Source: Ignavibacteriota bacterium (GTDB taxonomy: Bacteria; Bacteroidota; Ignavibacteria; UBA10030; UBA6906). Taken from it: a DNA stretch of 64,000 nt. Each line of letters begins with the position of its first letter. The first letter of the stretch is position 1. The stretch is from assembly GCA_963801355.1 (NCBI GenBank), contig CAWDEM010000008.1, positions 2,560,001 to 2,624,000 on the forward strand. Reading direction: 5' to 3'. Made by a program: the position numbers and the translations under genes. Under the pieces are notes generated by a model that made no database searches, was not told the origin of the DNA, and saw nothing but the letters and a program-made list of their open reading frames with translations. This document shows positions 21,001 through 29,464 of the stretch, in pieces.

Positions 21001-24000
21001 AGTGGTCAGATTGGCCACACCGGCCACAAAATCCCCGGCCCGGTTCAGAATATTGTCACCTCCCGAACCGAGACCGCTGACCGCTCCCGCAAGCGATGTC
21101 GTCACCGTGACCGGTGTGGTGGAGGCATCGAAGGAAAGGACCGTATTTCCCCAGTCATCCTGGGCAGCCAGCGTGTTGGTGCCCGCAAACGCCACACCGC
21201 TCGTTTGAGGCGAGGTGAGGCTCCAGGCGAATCCGCCGAGCCCGGCCGGACTCACCGTCACGGTAAGCCGGTCAGCGCCGCTCGCGCTGATTGTCCCGTC
21301 GGTGACGGAGATGATCGCCGTTTGTGCCCGATACAATCTCATTGCGCCATTGCCACCGCCTGAAACCGTCGCAACGCCGTTAGTAAACAGTATCGGCGTG
21401 GCTACGCCAAACGCAATAGCCGTGCCGGATGTATTGGTCACCGTGGGTGCAGAGCCGCTGAGCGAAGAATCCGCCCCGGAGAAAATCAGACTCTTCGATC
21501 CGGTGTACGTCGAGACCGTATTGCCGGATGCATCCTTGGCTGTGATGGTGAGATTTTGCGTGCCGCCGGCGGGCATGGAGGCAACACCGTTAATAACGAG
21601 GCGCGTCGCGCCCCCGGCGACGATCTGTACGGTACCTGATGTGCCGGCCTTGCTTGTGGATGATGCGGCGGTAAACGGCGCGCTCCCCGTCGCTCCGGTG
21701 AAGACCAGTTTTCCGGTGAGGTTCGCAACCCCGCCCGAAAAATCCGAGCCCTGATTGAGAATGTTGTTCGACCCGGACCCGAGACCGGTCACTGTGCCTG
21801 ACAACGGGGCCAGCGCGCTGACGGTGACATTGTCCGATGCCGCATTGAAGCTCGTGACGATGTTGCCGTAGTTGTCCTGGGCAATCAGGGTGTTTGTGCC
21901 GGTGAAGGCAACGCCGCTCTGTTGCGGGGAGGCCAGCGTGAATACGAACTTCTGCAATGCATCCGCAGTGACCGTGACTACCAAACGATCGCCAGGCCCG
22001 GAACTGATGGTGCCGTCCGTCGTGGTCACGGCAATAGTGTCTTTCCCGGCCCGGTAGAGCCGGAGCACACCATTGGCGCCGCCTGAGACCTGTGCCACCC
22101 CACTGGCAAAAGTAATGCCTAACTGTGCTCCGAACTGAATGGCAAACCCATCCTTGTCTGACACCGTCGGATAGGTGATGGGATTTGACGATGCACCGGA
22201 TCCACTGAACCGCAACGTCTTGTCACCCGTGTAACCGGTCGCGACGTTCCCGGAGCTGTCCATGGCCGTTATCGTAAGATTCTGGCTGGAACCTGCTTGC
22301 TGGTTGCTGCTCCCGGAGACGACGAAGCGGGATGTCGTCCCCACGTTGATCGTTACATTTCCCGCTGTTGTCCCCGTCTTCCCTGTCGCAGCGGTGGCCG
22401 TGAACGTTCCTGCTCCCACCGTTCCGGTGTATTTGATTTTTCCGGTCAGGTTCGCCACCCCGCTCGAGAAATCCGAGCCCTGGTTGAGAATGTTATTCAA
22501 TGCGGAACCGAGTCCCGAGATCGTGCCGGAAAGTGATGAAGTGACGGTGACCTGGTTTGCGGAGGCATTGAAATTCGTCGCGGGGTTTCCAAAACTGTCG
22601 ATGGCAGCCACCGTGTTGACGCCGGTGAACGGTACCCCGTTCGTCTGTCCCGAGGTCAGGACAACAGCGAACCGCCCGAGTCCGCCCGGTGTCACAGTGA
22701 CGGTCAACTGATCCGCCGTTGCCGTGGTGATGCTTCCGTCACTCGCCCCCACAGAAGCGCTCTCCACCTTGTAGAGCCGCAGCACCCCATTGTTGCCACC
22801 GCTGGCCGTGGCAATGCCCGAGGAAAACGTGATCGGGGTACTCGCGGAGAAATTGAGCGGATTGCCCGCTGCATCACTCACAGTGGGGCTCTTGCTCTCG
22901 GGAGCGGGTGAAATACCGGCACCGAAAAAGGTCAATGTCTTTGACCCGGAATACCCCGTCGCCGTGTTGCCGGATGCATCACGGGCGGTGATGATAAGAC
23001 CCCTGCCGATGCCGGCGGCTGACGTAATTACCGAGTCTCCGGTGGTCGTCCGGACAACCAGGCGGGTGGCCGTCCCCGCGTTGATCAGGATGGTGGATGA
23101 TGTGCCGCTCTTTCCGCCTCCGGACGCCGTGAATGTGCTGGAGCCCGACGCTCCCGTGTACCTCATCTTGCCGGTAAGTATGGCGGCACCGGAAGAGAAA
23201 TCCGTCGACCGGTTGAGAATATTGTTGCCCCCTGAACCGAGACCGGTGATCGTCCCGGCGAGTGAGCTTGTCACGGTGACGGGTTTTGCCGATGCATCAA
23301 ACGATGAATCCGTATTTCCCCAATCGTCCTGCGCGGTGAGGATGTCCGTCCCGGCAAATGTTACCCCGTTTATTTGAGGCGAAGTCAGACTCCATGCAAA
23401 TTTGCCGAGTGCGCCTGCAGAAACCGTCACGGCAAGCGCGTCATTCCCTGATGAGCTGCGGGAACCGTCCGTGACCGTCACCGTCTTGCTCTGGGCGCGA
23501 TAGAGAAACATGACGCCGTTGTTGCTGCCGCTGGCGGTGGCCACCCCGTTTACGAAGTTGATCGATGTCGCTGCGCCGAACGCAACGTTGGATCCGCCGC
23601 TGTTCGAGACAGTCGGCGCAGTCACGGGGCTCTGTGAAGGGTCGGCCCCCGAGAATGTCAGGCTTCGTGCCCCCGAGTATGTGAGGTCTGTGTTCCCGTT
23701 CGCATCCTTCGCCATGATCCGGAGGTTTTGTGCGGTGCCTGCCTGGATGTTGATCGACGAATCCCCGGCTGCAGTGCGCAGTACCAGCCGCGTCGCCTGA
23801 GCGGCATTCATCTGGATGGAACCCGACGTCCCGGTTTTCCCGGACCCGTTGGTGGCTGTGAATGTTCCCGCACCCCCGACTCCTGTGTACGTCATCCCTT
23901 GGGTGGTCAAATTCGCCACGCCGGAAACAAAATCGCCCGCCTGGTTCAACACATTTGTGTTCAAGCCGCCAAGGCCGGTGATCGTACCGATCAGTGAAGT

Positions 24001-24609
24001 GGTGACGGTGACATTGTTCGAGGAGGGAGAATTGGCATTGTAGGAAGTAACCGTATTCCCCCAATCATCCTGCGCGGTAAGTGTATTTGTTCCCGAAAAG
24101 ACTGTACCGTTCGTTTGCGGCGATGTCAGATTCCAGGCGAATTTCCCCACGGCGGCTGGGTTCACCGTGACCGACAAACGGTCGGTTCCGCTCGAGCTTA
24201 TGGAGCCGTCGGTGACCGAGATGTCCACATTTTCAGCCGAGTACAGACTCATCACACCATTGCTCGACCCTGCAACGGTAGCGACGCCATTCGTGAACTT
24301 TATCGTTGTTGTTGTGGAAAAACTACGCGCTACTCCGGCACTGTCAACGACACTCGGCGGGGTGACCGGGCTGGTGGAAGGATTTGCTCCTGAAAAGACC
24401 AAGCTCTTCAGTCCGCTGTAGCCGGTGAACACTGCCCCGGCCGCAGTTCTGGCCGTAATAGTGAGATTTTTCGACTGGCCGGCTGTCCATGTAACTGTCG
24501 AGTCCCCCGCAATTCGAAGTACCAGCCTTGTCGCTTGCGCATAGGCACCTGCTGCCAGCACAGAAGTGAGGAGCACGCCTGCAAGGACAAAGGTCGAAAG
24601 CTTTCTCAT
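15049..24609 (-). CDS. Giant repetitive surface protein/adhesin with IPT/TIG-like repeats, an FN3-like domain and a T9SS C-terminal domain
   Basis: Signal peptide ending AYA-Q; seven ~245-aa bipartite repeats; ten NPxP...NPxPGGG repeats; YYWRVRARN; FALDNNFPNPFNPSTT...KKMLLMK. Confidence 0.9.
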   Translation of the reverse strand: MRKLSTFVLAGVLLTSVLAAGAYAQATRLVLRIAGDSTVTWTAGQSKNLTITARTAAGAVFTGYSGLKSLVFSGANPSTSPVTPPSVVDSAGVARSFSTTTTIKFTNGVATVAGSSNGVMSLYSAENVDISVTDGSISSSGTDRLSVTVNPAAVGKFAWNLTSPQTNGTVFSGTNTLTAQDDWGNTVTSYNANSPSSNNVTVTTSLIGTITGLGGLNTNVLNQAGDFVSGVANLTTQGMTYTGVGGAGTFTATNGSGKTGTSGSIQMNAAQATRLVLRTAAGDSSINIQAGTAQNLRIMAKDANGNTDLTYSGARSLTFSGADPSQSPVTAPTVSNSGGSNVAFGAATSINFVNGVATASGSNNGVMFLYRAQSKTVTVTDGSRSSSGNDALAVTVSAGALGKFAWSLTSPQINGVTFAGTDILTAQDDWGNTDSSFDASAKPVTVTSSLAGTITGLGSGGNNILNRSTDFSSGAAILTGKMRYTGASGSSTFTASGGGKSGTSSTILINAGTATRLVVRTTTGDSVITSAAGIGRGLIITARDASGNTATGYSGSKTLTFFGAGISPAPESKSPTVSDAAGNPLNFSASTPITFSSGIATASGGNNGVLRLYKVESASVGASDGSITTATADQLTVTVTPGGLGRFAVVLTSGQTNGVPFTGVNTVAAIDSFGNPATNFNASANQVTVTSSLSGTISGLGSALNNILNQGSDFSSGVANLTGKIKYTGTVGAGTFTATAATGKTGTTAGNVTINVGTTSRFVVSGSSNQQAGSSQNLTITAMDSSGNVATGYTGDKTLRFSGSGASSNPITYPTVSDKDGFAIQFGAQLGITFASGVAQVSGGANGVLRLYRAGKDTIAVTTTDGTISSGPGDRLVVTVTADALQKFVFTLASPQQSGVAFTGTNTLIAQDNYGNIVTSFNAASDNVTVSALAPLSGTVTGLGSGSNNILNQGSDFSGGVANLTGKLVFTGATGSAPFTAASSTSKAGTSGTVQIVAGGATRLVINGVASMPAGGTQNLTITAKDASGNTVSTYTGSKSLIFSGADSSLSGSAPTVTNTSGTAIAFGVATPILFTNGVATVSGGGNGAMRLYRAQTAIISVTDGTISASGADRLTVTVSPAGLGGFAWSLTSPQTSGVAFAGTNTLAAQDDWGNTVLSFDASTTPVTVTTSLAGAVSGLGSGGDNILNRAGDFVAGVANLTTLGMKYSGAIGAGTFTATGGGKTGVSASIQIAAGTATRLVVRTSAGDSVLTMIAGAVQNLTITAKDASGNTVAAYAGAKTLTFAGADSSLSPATAPTVSNNGGTATSFGAATVLTFTNGVATVTGSSNGVMKLYRAQTALISVTDGTRISNGTDRLSVTVNPAPLGKFAWLLSTPQVNGVVFSGTNTLTAQDDWGNTLTAFDASARNVTVTTTLSGAVTGLGTGNTNILNRPGDFVAGVANLTSIGMKYTGAIGTGTFTATAAGKAGTSLQVAITPGGAGKFVITGSGTQIAGAPQNLTITAKDASDNLVPTYAGLKSLKFSGANPSTNPLTQPTVTDNSGALIPFGSVTSILFTNGVATASAGSNGVMTLYKAETATIAVSDDTVSAAGPDRLTVTVAPATLGKFSWVLANPQINGAPWTGINTLTAQDGWGNAVPTFDAATNNVTLTTSLSPSPSAITGLGTLANNVLNQSSDFVLGVANLTALQLKYGGTAGRGTFTATSTVGSKTGMSDSITVGNPIPTFTGISPAEGSRSQVVAVTVNGTNFLQGVTVLSLGLDVKVDSIRVESPTRLTALVRPGPTATLGPRNATVSNPAPGGGAATLTAAFRVKNIPSIISLTPSAGVRGQTMNVIIAGTNFAPGVSEVGLQQGVNITVNSTTVTSDTTIVVNISISLTALDGVRQFYVTNSGAEGGPSNLSGFTVGSNPLPNVASISPTTVTRGQSVEFTLTGTNFFNGITSVNLGPGIVVTSVNIDSTTQLRIAATITDTAAGGSRDVILINAPPGGGPDTLKNGLTISNPAPTLTGVSVQNAARLQTLYISLTGTRFLKNVTTVDMGTGITYISTVAESPTQLRVGFSVDSSAALGSRNIKVTNPAPGGGSDSLVGALTINNPAPSITTLSPESTKVGGGPLVLTVNGSNFVPGVSVRFGGRVLTSTLVNRTRMTAALAASDIDTARSFVVDVFAPTPGGGTSNAKNFIVQNPVPTLTSFTPSSGSRLQTLDLTFTGTNYVPGFTQVDFGAADITTNSITVTGSTQLKANITISASATMGPRDIFLKNPAPGGGNSEKRVFTVANNPVPTIASVYPSEWSRLRTVDLAITGTNFITGVTSANFGTGIIINGPIVVDSSTQLTANVTISATAPTGPRAISVTNAAPGGGTATKPNAFTVFNPGPRLLWLYPSNAQQLQTLNIVFNGQGFIDGVSAVSLGTGITINEQNVLSDTVITANVTITIGAATGARDVVVTNTEPGGGVSVLTNGFVVGNNPAPTLSSISPTTAKRLETLNMVLRGSNFVSGVTTVDLGSDITVNDVVVDSAGKLTANITVTGKAATGARTVFVTNAPPGGGKDSMLNAFTVTNPAPTLTGIAPTFANRSQTLNVVLRGTNFIPATVPSFGSGGDITVNSVTADSARQLTVNITVGATATLGPRNVSVTNPTPGGGTSASMTFSVNLAPPPTPTLIAPSNGQTNLPTTLVLKWDAAGATNYHLQLSTSSLFLTTIVDDSTLTATSRQVGPLSNNVTYYWRVRARNAGGTSSFSSTWSFTPLYPTVYPLSNSWEFPSYATAAEYKVTDYKIAGLPGAGTSLAGAYFTGTVGTDWLIYTDNGTTANYFIKYDGTSAFTFAAGKAYWLIKKDPWTVNTSVPTAVLDTSVSVRIALHSGWNLITNPFLHSVPWSSIQLANDPAARSPIWSYGGVNGFEQSTTLEPYMGYYFFNTDNVAYIRVPYGATSGVWMKADSSAHDGWTVTVAARSGEYTDRALMFGVREDASEGLDRYDYRKPRAMGTLAGTMFVRPDLDSLFTVFATDFRPPVQSLARWPFAVQTPAKEAVTLRFEGIGQIPEGLDVAIIDHVHAKYADLRASQEYLYTPATATGQLTVAVGTHEAMAAVLGDVVPKVFALDNNFPNPFNPSTTLPVAVPHTAEIAVKVYNILGEEVRTLFTGQVEAGRHWLIWDGRNDTGAPVATGVYLARLTAESGVSLVKKMLLMK

Positions 24610-24829
24610 GTCAATCTCTCATTCTATCCCGGTGATTGAAAGCATTAGCAGGCATCAGGTAAACGTCGCAAGGGGACAACATCAGACAATCCGGTCGGAA
24701 CAAAACCGAAAGCACCATCGGCCTGAGGTGTGTGCCATAGATTCCCCGTCGGGGGACTTTACCCCCTTTCGTCTGGCGACCAAGGTGCCATCGAAGAAGA
24801 AGCAAGAAAATCCGCGAATTTCTTAAGAA

Positions 24830-24858
24830 AAGATACAAAGATTTCACCAGTCTGTCAA
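24830..24858 (-). promoter_or_regulatory. sigma70 promoter of the giant-protein gene
   Basis: TTGACA-N17-TATCTT on the minus strand. Confidence 0.65.
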
Positions 24859-24961
24859 GAAAGGGGAATTTGGACCGTAGTACATCAATATACGGGAAGG
24901 GGACCGTGTCATTGTGACCGGGCTCACACGGCGACTCTCATCACGCTCCGGTTGCCGTCTC

Positions 24962-25861
24962 CTAGTGCAGGAACAACATCACGACGCCGCCGACGGCGAC
25001 AAAGGCGCCGGCGATCGCCCCCCAGGTCAACCGTTCTTTGTGTATGATGCGGACCAGCGGAAGCATGACAATAGGGACGGTGGCCATCAATGTGGCGGCC
25101 ACGCCGACGGTGGTATGGGCCACCGCCATCAAGCTTGCAGAGATGCCAAGGAAGGGACCGAGCACGGACCCCAGCACGGTCAGACCGAGGGCTTTCCGGT
25201 CGTTCGCGAAGGTCCGCACGGGATGGGTGACACGGCCGAGGAGTATCATAACGGGGAGTAGCACAAGGAGAGCTGCGGAGATGCGCAAAGCGGCCGCGAC
25301 AAAACCGTCAATCGCCCCTTCGAGGAACGCCAGCTTGGCAAAGATCAGACCGACTCCCTGCGTGATCGCCGCCAGAAACGCAAAGAACACACCCGATGCC
25401 AGGCCTTCTGTCGCGTGCGCGGGCCCGAGCCGCCGCTCGTTCACGACGATGACAATTCCGGTGAGAGTCACAACCACACCGGCCACCCCCAGCAGCGGGA
25501 GCCTTTCGTCCAGCACCACGTACGCAAGCACAGCAGCAATGGCGGGAGCGGCGGACATGACCAGCATCGCGATGCGCGGGCCGATGTGCCGGTATGCACG
25601 GAACAAGAATGAATCACCCACCGCCAATCCGATCACACCGCTTGTGCCAAGATACAGCAGCTGCGTGCGGCTCAGAGCCGCATCGTATCCCAGAATGAGC
25701 AGCACCGGAGCCAGGCAACAGAGGGCGAAGATCAGGCGCGATATGTTCACGAGCACCGACCCCACCCGTGCCGTTGCCGCCGAAAAGACAATGGAACTGC
25801 CCGACCAGAATATGGCTGTAAGCAGACCGCAGAGTTCACCGAAGAACGGCATGGTGCTCAT
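24962..25861 (-). CDS. DMT/EamA family transporter
   Basis: About 10 TM helices in two EamA halves, GVIGLAVGDSFLF, KERLTW. Confidence 0.9.
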   Translation of the reverse strand: MSTMPFFGELCGLLTAIFWSGSSIVFSAATARVGSVLVNISRLIFALCCLAPVLLILGYDAALSRTQLLYLGTSGVIGLAVGDSFLFRAYRHIGPRIAMLVMSAAPAIAAVLAYVVLDERLPLLGVAGVVVTLTGIVIVVNERRLGPAHATEGLASGVFFAFLAAITQGVGLIFAKLAFLEGAIDGFVAAALRISAALLVLLPVMILLGRVTHPVRTFANDRKALGLTVLGSVLGPFLGISASLMAVAHTTVGVAATLMATVPIVMLPLVRIIHKERLTWGAIAGAFVAVGGVVMLFLH

Positions 25862-25869
25862 TGACGGCG

Positions 25870-26604
25870 TCAGGGAACTCCCTCGAGAGAGAGCCTTGCG
25901 AGGTATACTTCGATTCGTTCTCGGAACAGCGTGAGGTAGGTGAGATCCTGCAGATCGTACTGTTCAGGAAGATGGAGGCACACGACGCGTTTCATCCTGC
26001 CGGCGGGTTTGAGCCGGCGCCGGAGAATGTGCCGCATCCGCTTCTCCATCACGACGATCACGTCCGCCCAACCCATCAGTTCTTCCTCCGCAACGGAAAA
26101 CGGCTCATCGCCCAGGGATACGGTCCGGACGACAACCCGGGAATCACCATCCAGCATCTGTTCGGGAAAGATACGGGACGGGTCGCCGCGGGCATGGACG
26201 AACAGGAGCTTCATGGGACCGGTCCGGGAATGGCCTCTCTGTTCAATGGAGGTTCCCGACAATCGCTCCGCACACTCTGCCGGCGAAGCCTCCACGAGAA
26301 CAGGATTCGGATCACCGGACTGCATTTTGATAAAAAGCCGCGTCCACTCGAGCAGTTCCTGCTTGTCGAAATCTTCCCGGCGCACAAGCATGTCCATCGC
26401 GTCATCGATGACATAGTCGGCAGGGCCGAGCCGCTCCAATTTCTCTTCACGTGTGCCGCCGGTGAACGAGTGCAGCCCTTCAAGAGTGAACCAGTCAGGG
26501 GAGAGATGTGCGCTGCCGCCGGGCGGAATGAGGTACACGTCTTCCAGCGCAACACGCGCCGTAGAGTCAGTCCAGGGAAACGGGAGACAATATTTCCACT
26601 CCAT
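25870..26604 (-). CDS. Unknown N-terminal domain fused to a degenerate low-molecular-weight protein tyrosine phosphatase-like domain
   Basis: C-half KLLFV...EELMGWADVIVVMEKR...VVCLHLPEQY resembles short LMW-PTP-like proteins; the CX5R loop is absent. Confidence 0.6.
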   Translation of the reverse strand: MEWKYCLPFPWTDSTARVALEDVYLIPPGGSAHLSPDWFTLEGLHSFTGGTREEKLERLGPADYVIDDAMDMLVRREDFDKQELLEWTRLFIKMQSGDPNPVLVEASPAECAERLSGTSIEQRGHSRTGPMKLLFVHARGDPSRIFPEQMLDGDSRVVVRTVSLGDEPFSVAEEELMGWADVIVVMEKRMRHILRRRLKPAGRMKRVVCLHLPEQYDLQDLTYLTLFRERIEVYLARLSLEGVP

Positions 26605-26629
26605 TAGTGCTCGCGGCAGTGAACAGGAA

Positions 26630-27847
26630 TTAGAGATCCACACCGAACGATGCAAAGTATCCCCCGACAGCTTTCATCATTTCCTGGTACGACTGACGCA
26701 CATCGGAGTCCGTTGCCTTTGCCGAACGCATCTTCTCAATGAGACGGGTTCCCTCCTTTACCAGAAGGGCATCCACAGCTCTCAATTTCTGCAGCGTGCC
26801 TGTCCCCTCACGGTTCATCACTTTCCCGAAGTCCAGATACGACTTTCCCTCGGGCACCTTCAGGGGAAAACAGCGGTCTTTGAGTCTGAGAGATGCGTCA
26901 TTCAACGCGGCGGAACGGTGGTGCCCGGCAAAAAGCTGCGGGGGGATCTGATCGGCATACTTCACCCACACGGGAAGCACCGGCGTTGTCAGGGGCGACC
27001 CGAGTACCGTCCAGAGCGTCGTGAGCGAGGCAGGTTCTCCCTGTGCCACCCCCTGGATGATCATGGAGGCGGTCGTAGAATACCGTACGATGAAGTCGGC
27101 GAAGCTCACAATGGAAGGAGTCACGCCCGATTCCGGAAGCGGCCCCCGCGCCAGATCCACTCCGGTGAGAGAATGGCGGAGACACGTGGTGGCTTCGTTC
27201 AGGATGAAATTCACGGACAGGCCTTCCCCCAGGAACCCCCACTGGAAGAGATCGGTCTCCGTCTGGTACCGGATGTATCCCTGACCCCTCTCGGGAGTTC
27301 CGGAGGCCGAAAAGTTGGTGCGCAGCAGATAGCCGTGAGGAGCGACCGTCGGATCGTTCGCATCGTACTTTGTAAAGGAATACGGATCGGTTTCATAGAA
27401 CGCAGCGCCACCCTTTGCATCCACCACCCCGAAGTTCGCTTCGACACCCCGCGTCCCTTTCGTCGCCTGAAGCAGTGCTTCGAAATCGGCGAGCGTACTA
27501 CAGACCGCGAGCGCTCTCTTCATCAGGATCCCCTCTTCATCCATCTTCCCTTTGTACTGTGGATACACAAGATTATATGAAGCGGTATTGATGATGGAGA
27601 AACCCACGGCATTGCTGCCCATGAACATCTCAGCGTTCGCGGAGTCATCCGCATTGTGCACCCCGAGAAAAGCGTACGTGCCGCCGGTATGATAGACAAG
27701 CTTGTTTTCAAGTGTCCCGGTGTCCCGCTGCTTCCACAGGATGGGCCGGCCGTCACGGGTGGCCCTGCCGGAGATGACGGCCGATGTGCAGGCAAAGAGA
27801 TGGGACGAGATGAGCAACGCACTGCAGAGGAAGATGAGACAGCGCAT
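26630..27847 (-). CDS. Secreted Ntn-hydrolase, peptidase C45 / isopenicillin-N acyltransferase-like
   Basis: Signal peptide followed directly by the nucleophile Cys (A-CTSAVISG), DGRPILWKQRD, RTNFS. Confidence 0.85.
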   Translation of the reverse strand: MRCLIFLCSALLISSHLFACTSAVISGRATRDGRPILWKQRDTGTLENKLVYHTGGTYAFLGVHNADDSANAEMFMGSNAVGFSIINTASYNLVYPQYKGKMDEEGILMKRALAVCSTLADFEALLQATKGTRGVEANFGVVDAKGGAAFYETDPYSFTKYDANDPTVAPHGYLLRTNFSASGTPERGQGYIRYQTETDLFQWGFLGEGLSVNFILNEATTCLRHSLTGVDLARGPLPESGVTPSIVSFADFIVRYSTTASMIIQGVAQGEPASLTTLWTVLGSPLTTPVLPVWVKYADQIPPQLFAGHHRSAALNDASLRLKDRCFPLKVPEGKSYLDFGKVMNREGTGTLQKLRAVDALLVKEGTRLIEKMRSAKATDSDVRQSYQEMMKAVGGYFASFGVDL

Positions 27848-27952
27848 ACAGGTACCCTCATGTCAGAACGCGAATGGGAGATGCAATAATGCACGGTGTG
27901 CCAGTGAAGTTACGAGGATTTGCTATGGAAGGCAAGCAGGCGCAGGGTGACT

Positions 27953-29437
27953 TCAGTGCATCAAGGGCATCACCCTGTACACCGGGTATTCTCCATGTAC
28001 GGCACGCAGCCATGCAAACGCCGGATATTGCGCGATCCCCCAGAGGGATGACGGTTCAAGCGCACTGACAATCAGTGTCGACCTGAACTGGCGCACGGGA
28101 ACAAGGACATCTCCCGCGGTGCATTGGATGCGAATTCTCCGCGGCTCGGGCTGCGCAACGTATGCGGTTTCACCCTCCATCATCACCGGGCTGAACCGCA
28201 CATCGGCGTACGCTTCCACCTCCAGGACAGTGTCACGATCCAGCGGCCGGGTCCGGACACCGTGCCGCGCAAGGAGATCCAGGATCATCGTTTGGTCACG
28301 TGCAATGCGATAGGCCACCGGCCGCGTGACTTCAAACAGCGTGCGTACGACCGGCGTGTACGGCAGAAGGATCGTGGAATCTCTCCCGCCGGGATGTGTG
28401 GTAACAGGCATCGTAAGGAGCGATCCGTCCGGGAAGTGATTCATCTGCATGGCCACGGGACCCACAGCATGCGGCAGGCGCCGGCGTTCGGTGGCGACGA
28501 GAGCGGAAATCTCATCGACATGTTCGGCGACAAATGTAAGGTACGTACGAATCGCGGACAGCTGACCCCGGGTTCTCCGACGGAGGTCGTCGTTTATGTC
28601 CCGGCCGTTCCGACCTTCGAGGATGAGCGAAAACGAATGGAGAATCGCCAGACTCTGACGTCCGTCGTTGATGTCCGTTGTGCTGTGACGGACCGTGTCG
28701 CGCGGGCCGCCACCGATGCTGTAATTGAAAAAGCGAATACCGGCATCCCGTAACCGGCGTTCGAGAAACGGGAAGAGCTTCTCTTGCCCCAGCGCAATAA
28801 GCGAGGGGGCAACATTCATGTTCGTCGGCAATCCGAACTGCTCGTCCAGGGCCCGCACGTATCCTGCCTTCTGCCAGTCCTCTCCGGACGGACCGAACTC
28901 ATGCACATCCAGAGTTGCTTCGGGCATCCAGCGGTCGTAGACATCGTGCACTGCGCGGGTTTCCGGCTGAAACAGGAGGAGGTGATCACGGTTGAGATCC
29001 GCACCGGCACCGTTGCGGCGTGTGCCAGCTTCGTTGCCGTCCGGGTTGACCGATGGGATGAGCAGGATGTCCATCGCGGCGAGCAAGTTGTCCAGATCCC
29101 CCCTGACGGCCTGGGCAATCAGCATGAGGGCGGCTTCCTTGCCAGAAGGTTCGTTCCCGTGCTGCTGACAGAAGACGAACGCGCGGAGCCGTTGCTTTGC
29201 CATGACATCGCGCGACAGCATGACCAACGGAATTTCCCTGCCCTGCGTCGTCATACCAATCGTGGTGACGGAGACACGTGGTGACAGGCTGTCGGCCATC
29301 CGGACAAACGTGAGCAGTTCCTCGTGCGACGTGACTCGCACGTAGCCGTGTGCGTCGATGGGTGCGACCACGTGATCTGCTGCACCTGCACCGGTCGTAC
29401 ACAGCATCATACACAGAAAGGCGACTGGGGATTTCAT
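27953..29437 (-). CDS. Secreted M14 zinc carboxypeptidase
   Basis: QQHGNEPSG, NPDG, DLNRDH, LDVHE. Confidence 0.9.
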   Translation of the reverse strand: MKSPVAFLCMMLCTTGAGAADHVVAPIDAHGYVRVTSHEELLTFVRMADSLSPRVSVTTIGMTTQGREIPLVMLSRDVMAKQRLRAFVFCQQHGNEPSGKEAALMLIAQAVRGDLDNLLAAMDILLIPSVNPDGNEAGTRRNGAGADLNRDHLLLFQPETRAVHDVYDRWMPEATLDVHEFGPSGEDWQKAGYVRALDEQFGLPTNMNVAPSLIALGQEKLFPFLERRLRDAGIRFFNYSIGGGPRDTVRHSTTDINDGRQSLAILHSFSLILEGRNGRDINDDLRRRTRGQLSAIRTYLTFVAEHVDEISALVATERRRLPHAVGPVAMQMNHFPDGSLLTMPVTTHPGGRDSTILLPYTPVVRTLFEVTRPVAYRIARDQTMILDLLARHGVRTRPLDRDTVLEVEAYADVRFSPVMMEGETAYVAQPEPRRIRIQCTAGDVLVPVRQFRSTLIVSALEPSSLWGIAQYPAFAWLRAVHGEYPVYRVMPLMH

Positions 29438-29464
29438 GTCCGTTTGACTTTGTGGGGTTATCGA

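Noticed and set aside
14791-24421. Many long plus-strand ORFs antisense to the giant gene
   Set aside because: Shadow ORFs expected from GC-rich, Thr/Gly/Val-biased codons; their repeats only mirror the real protein
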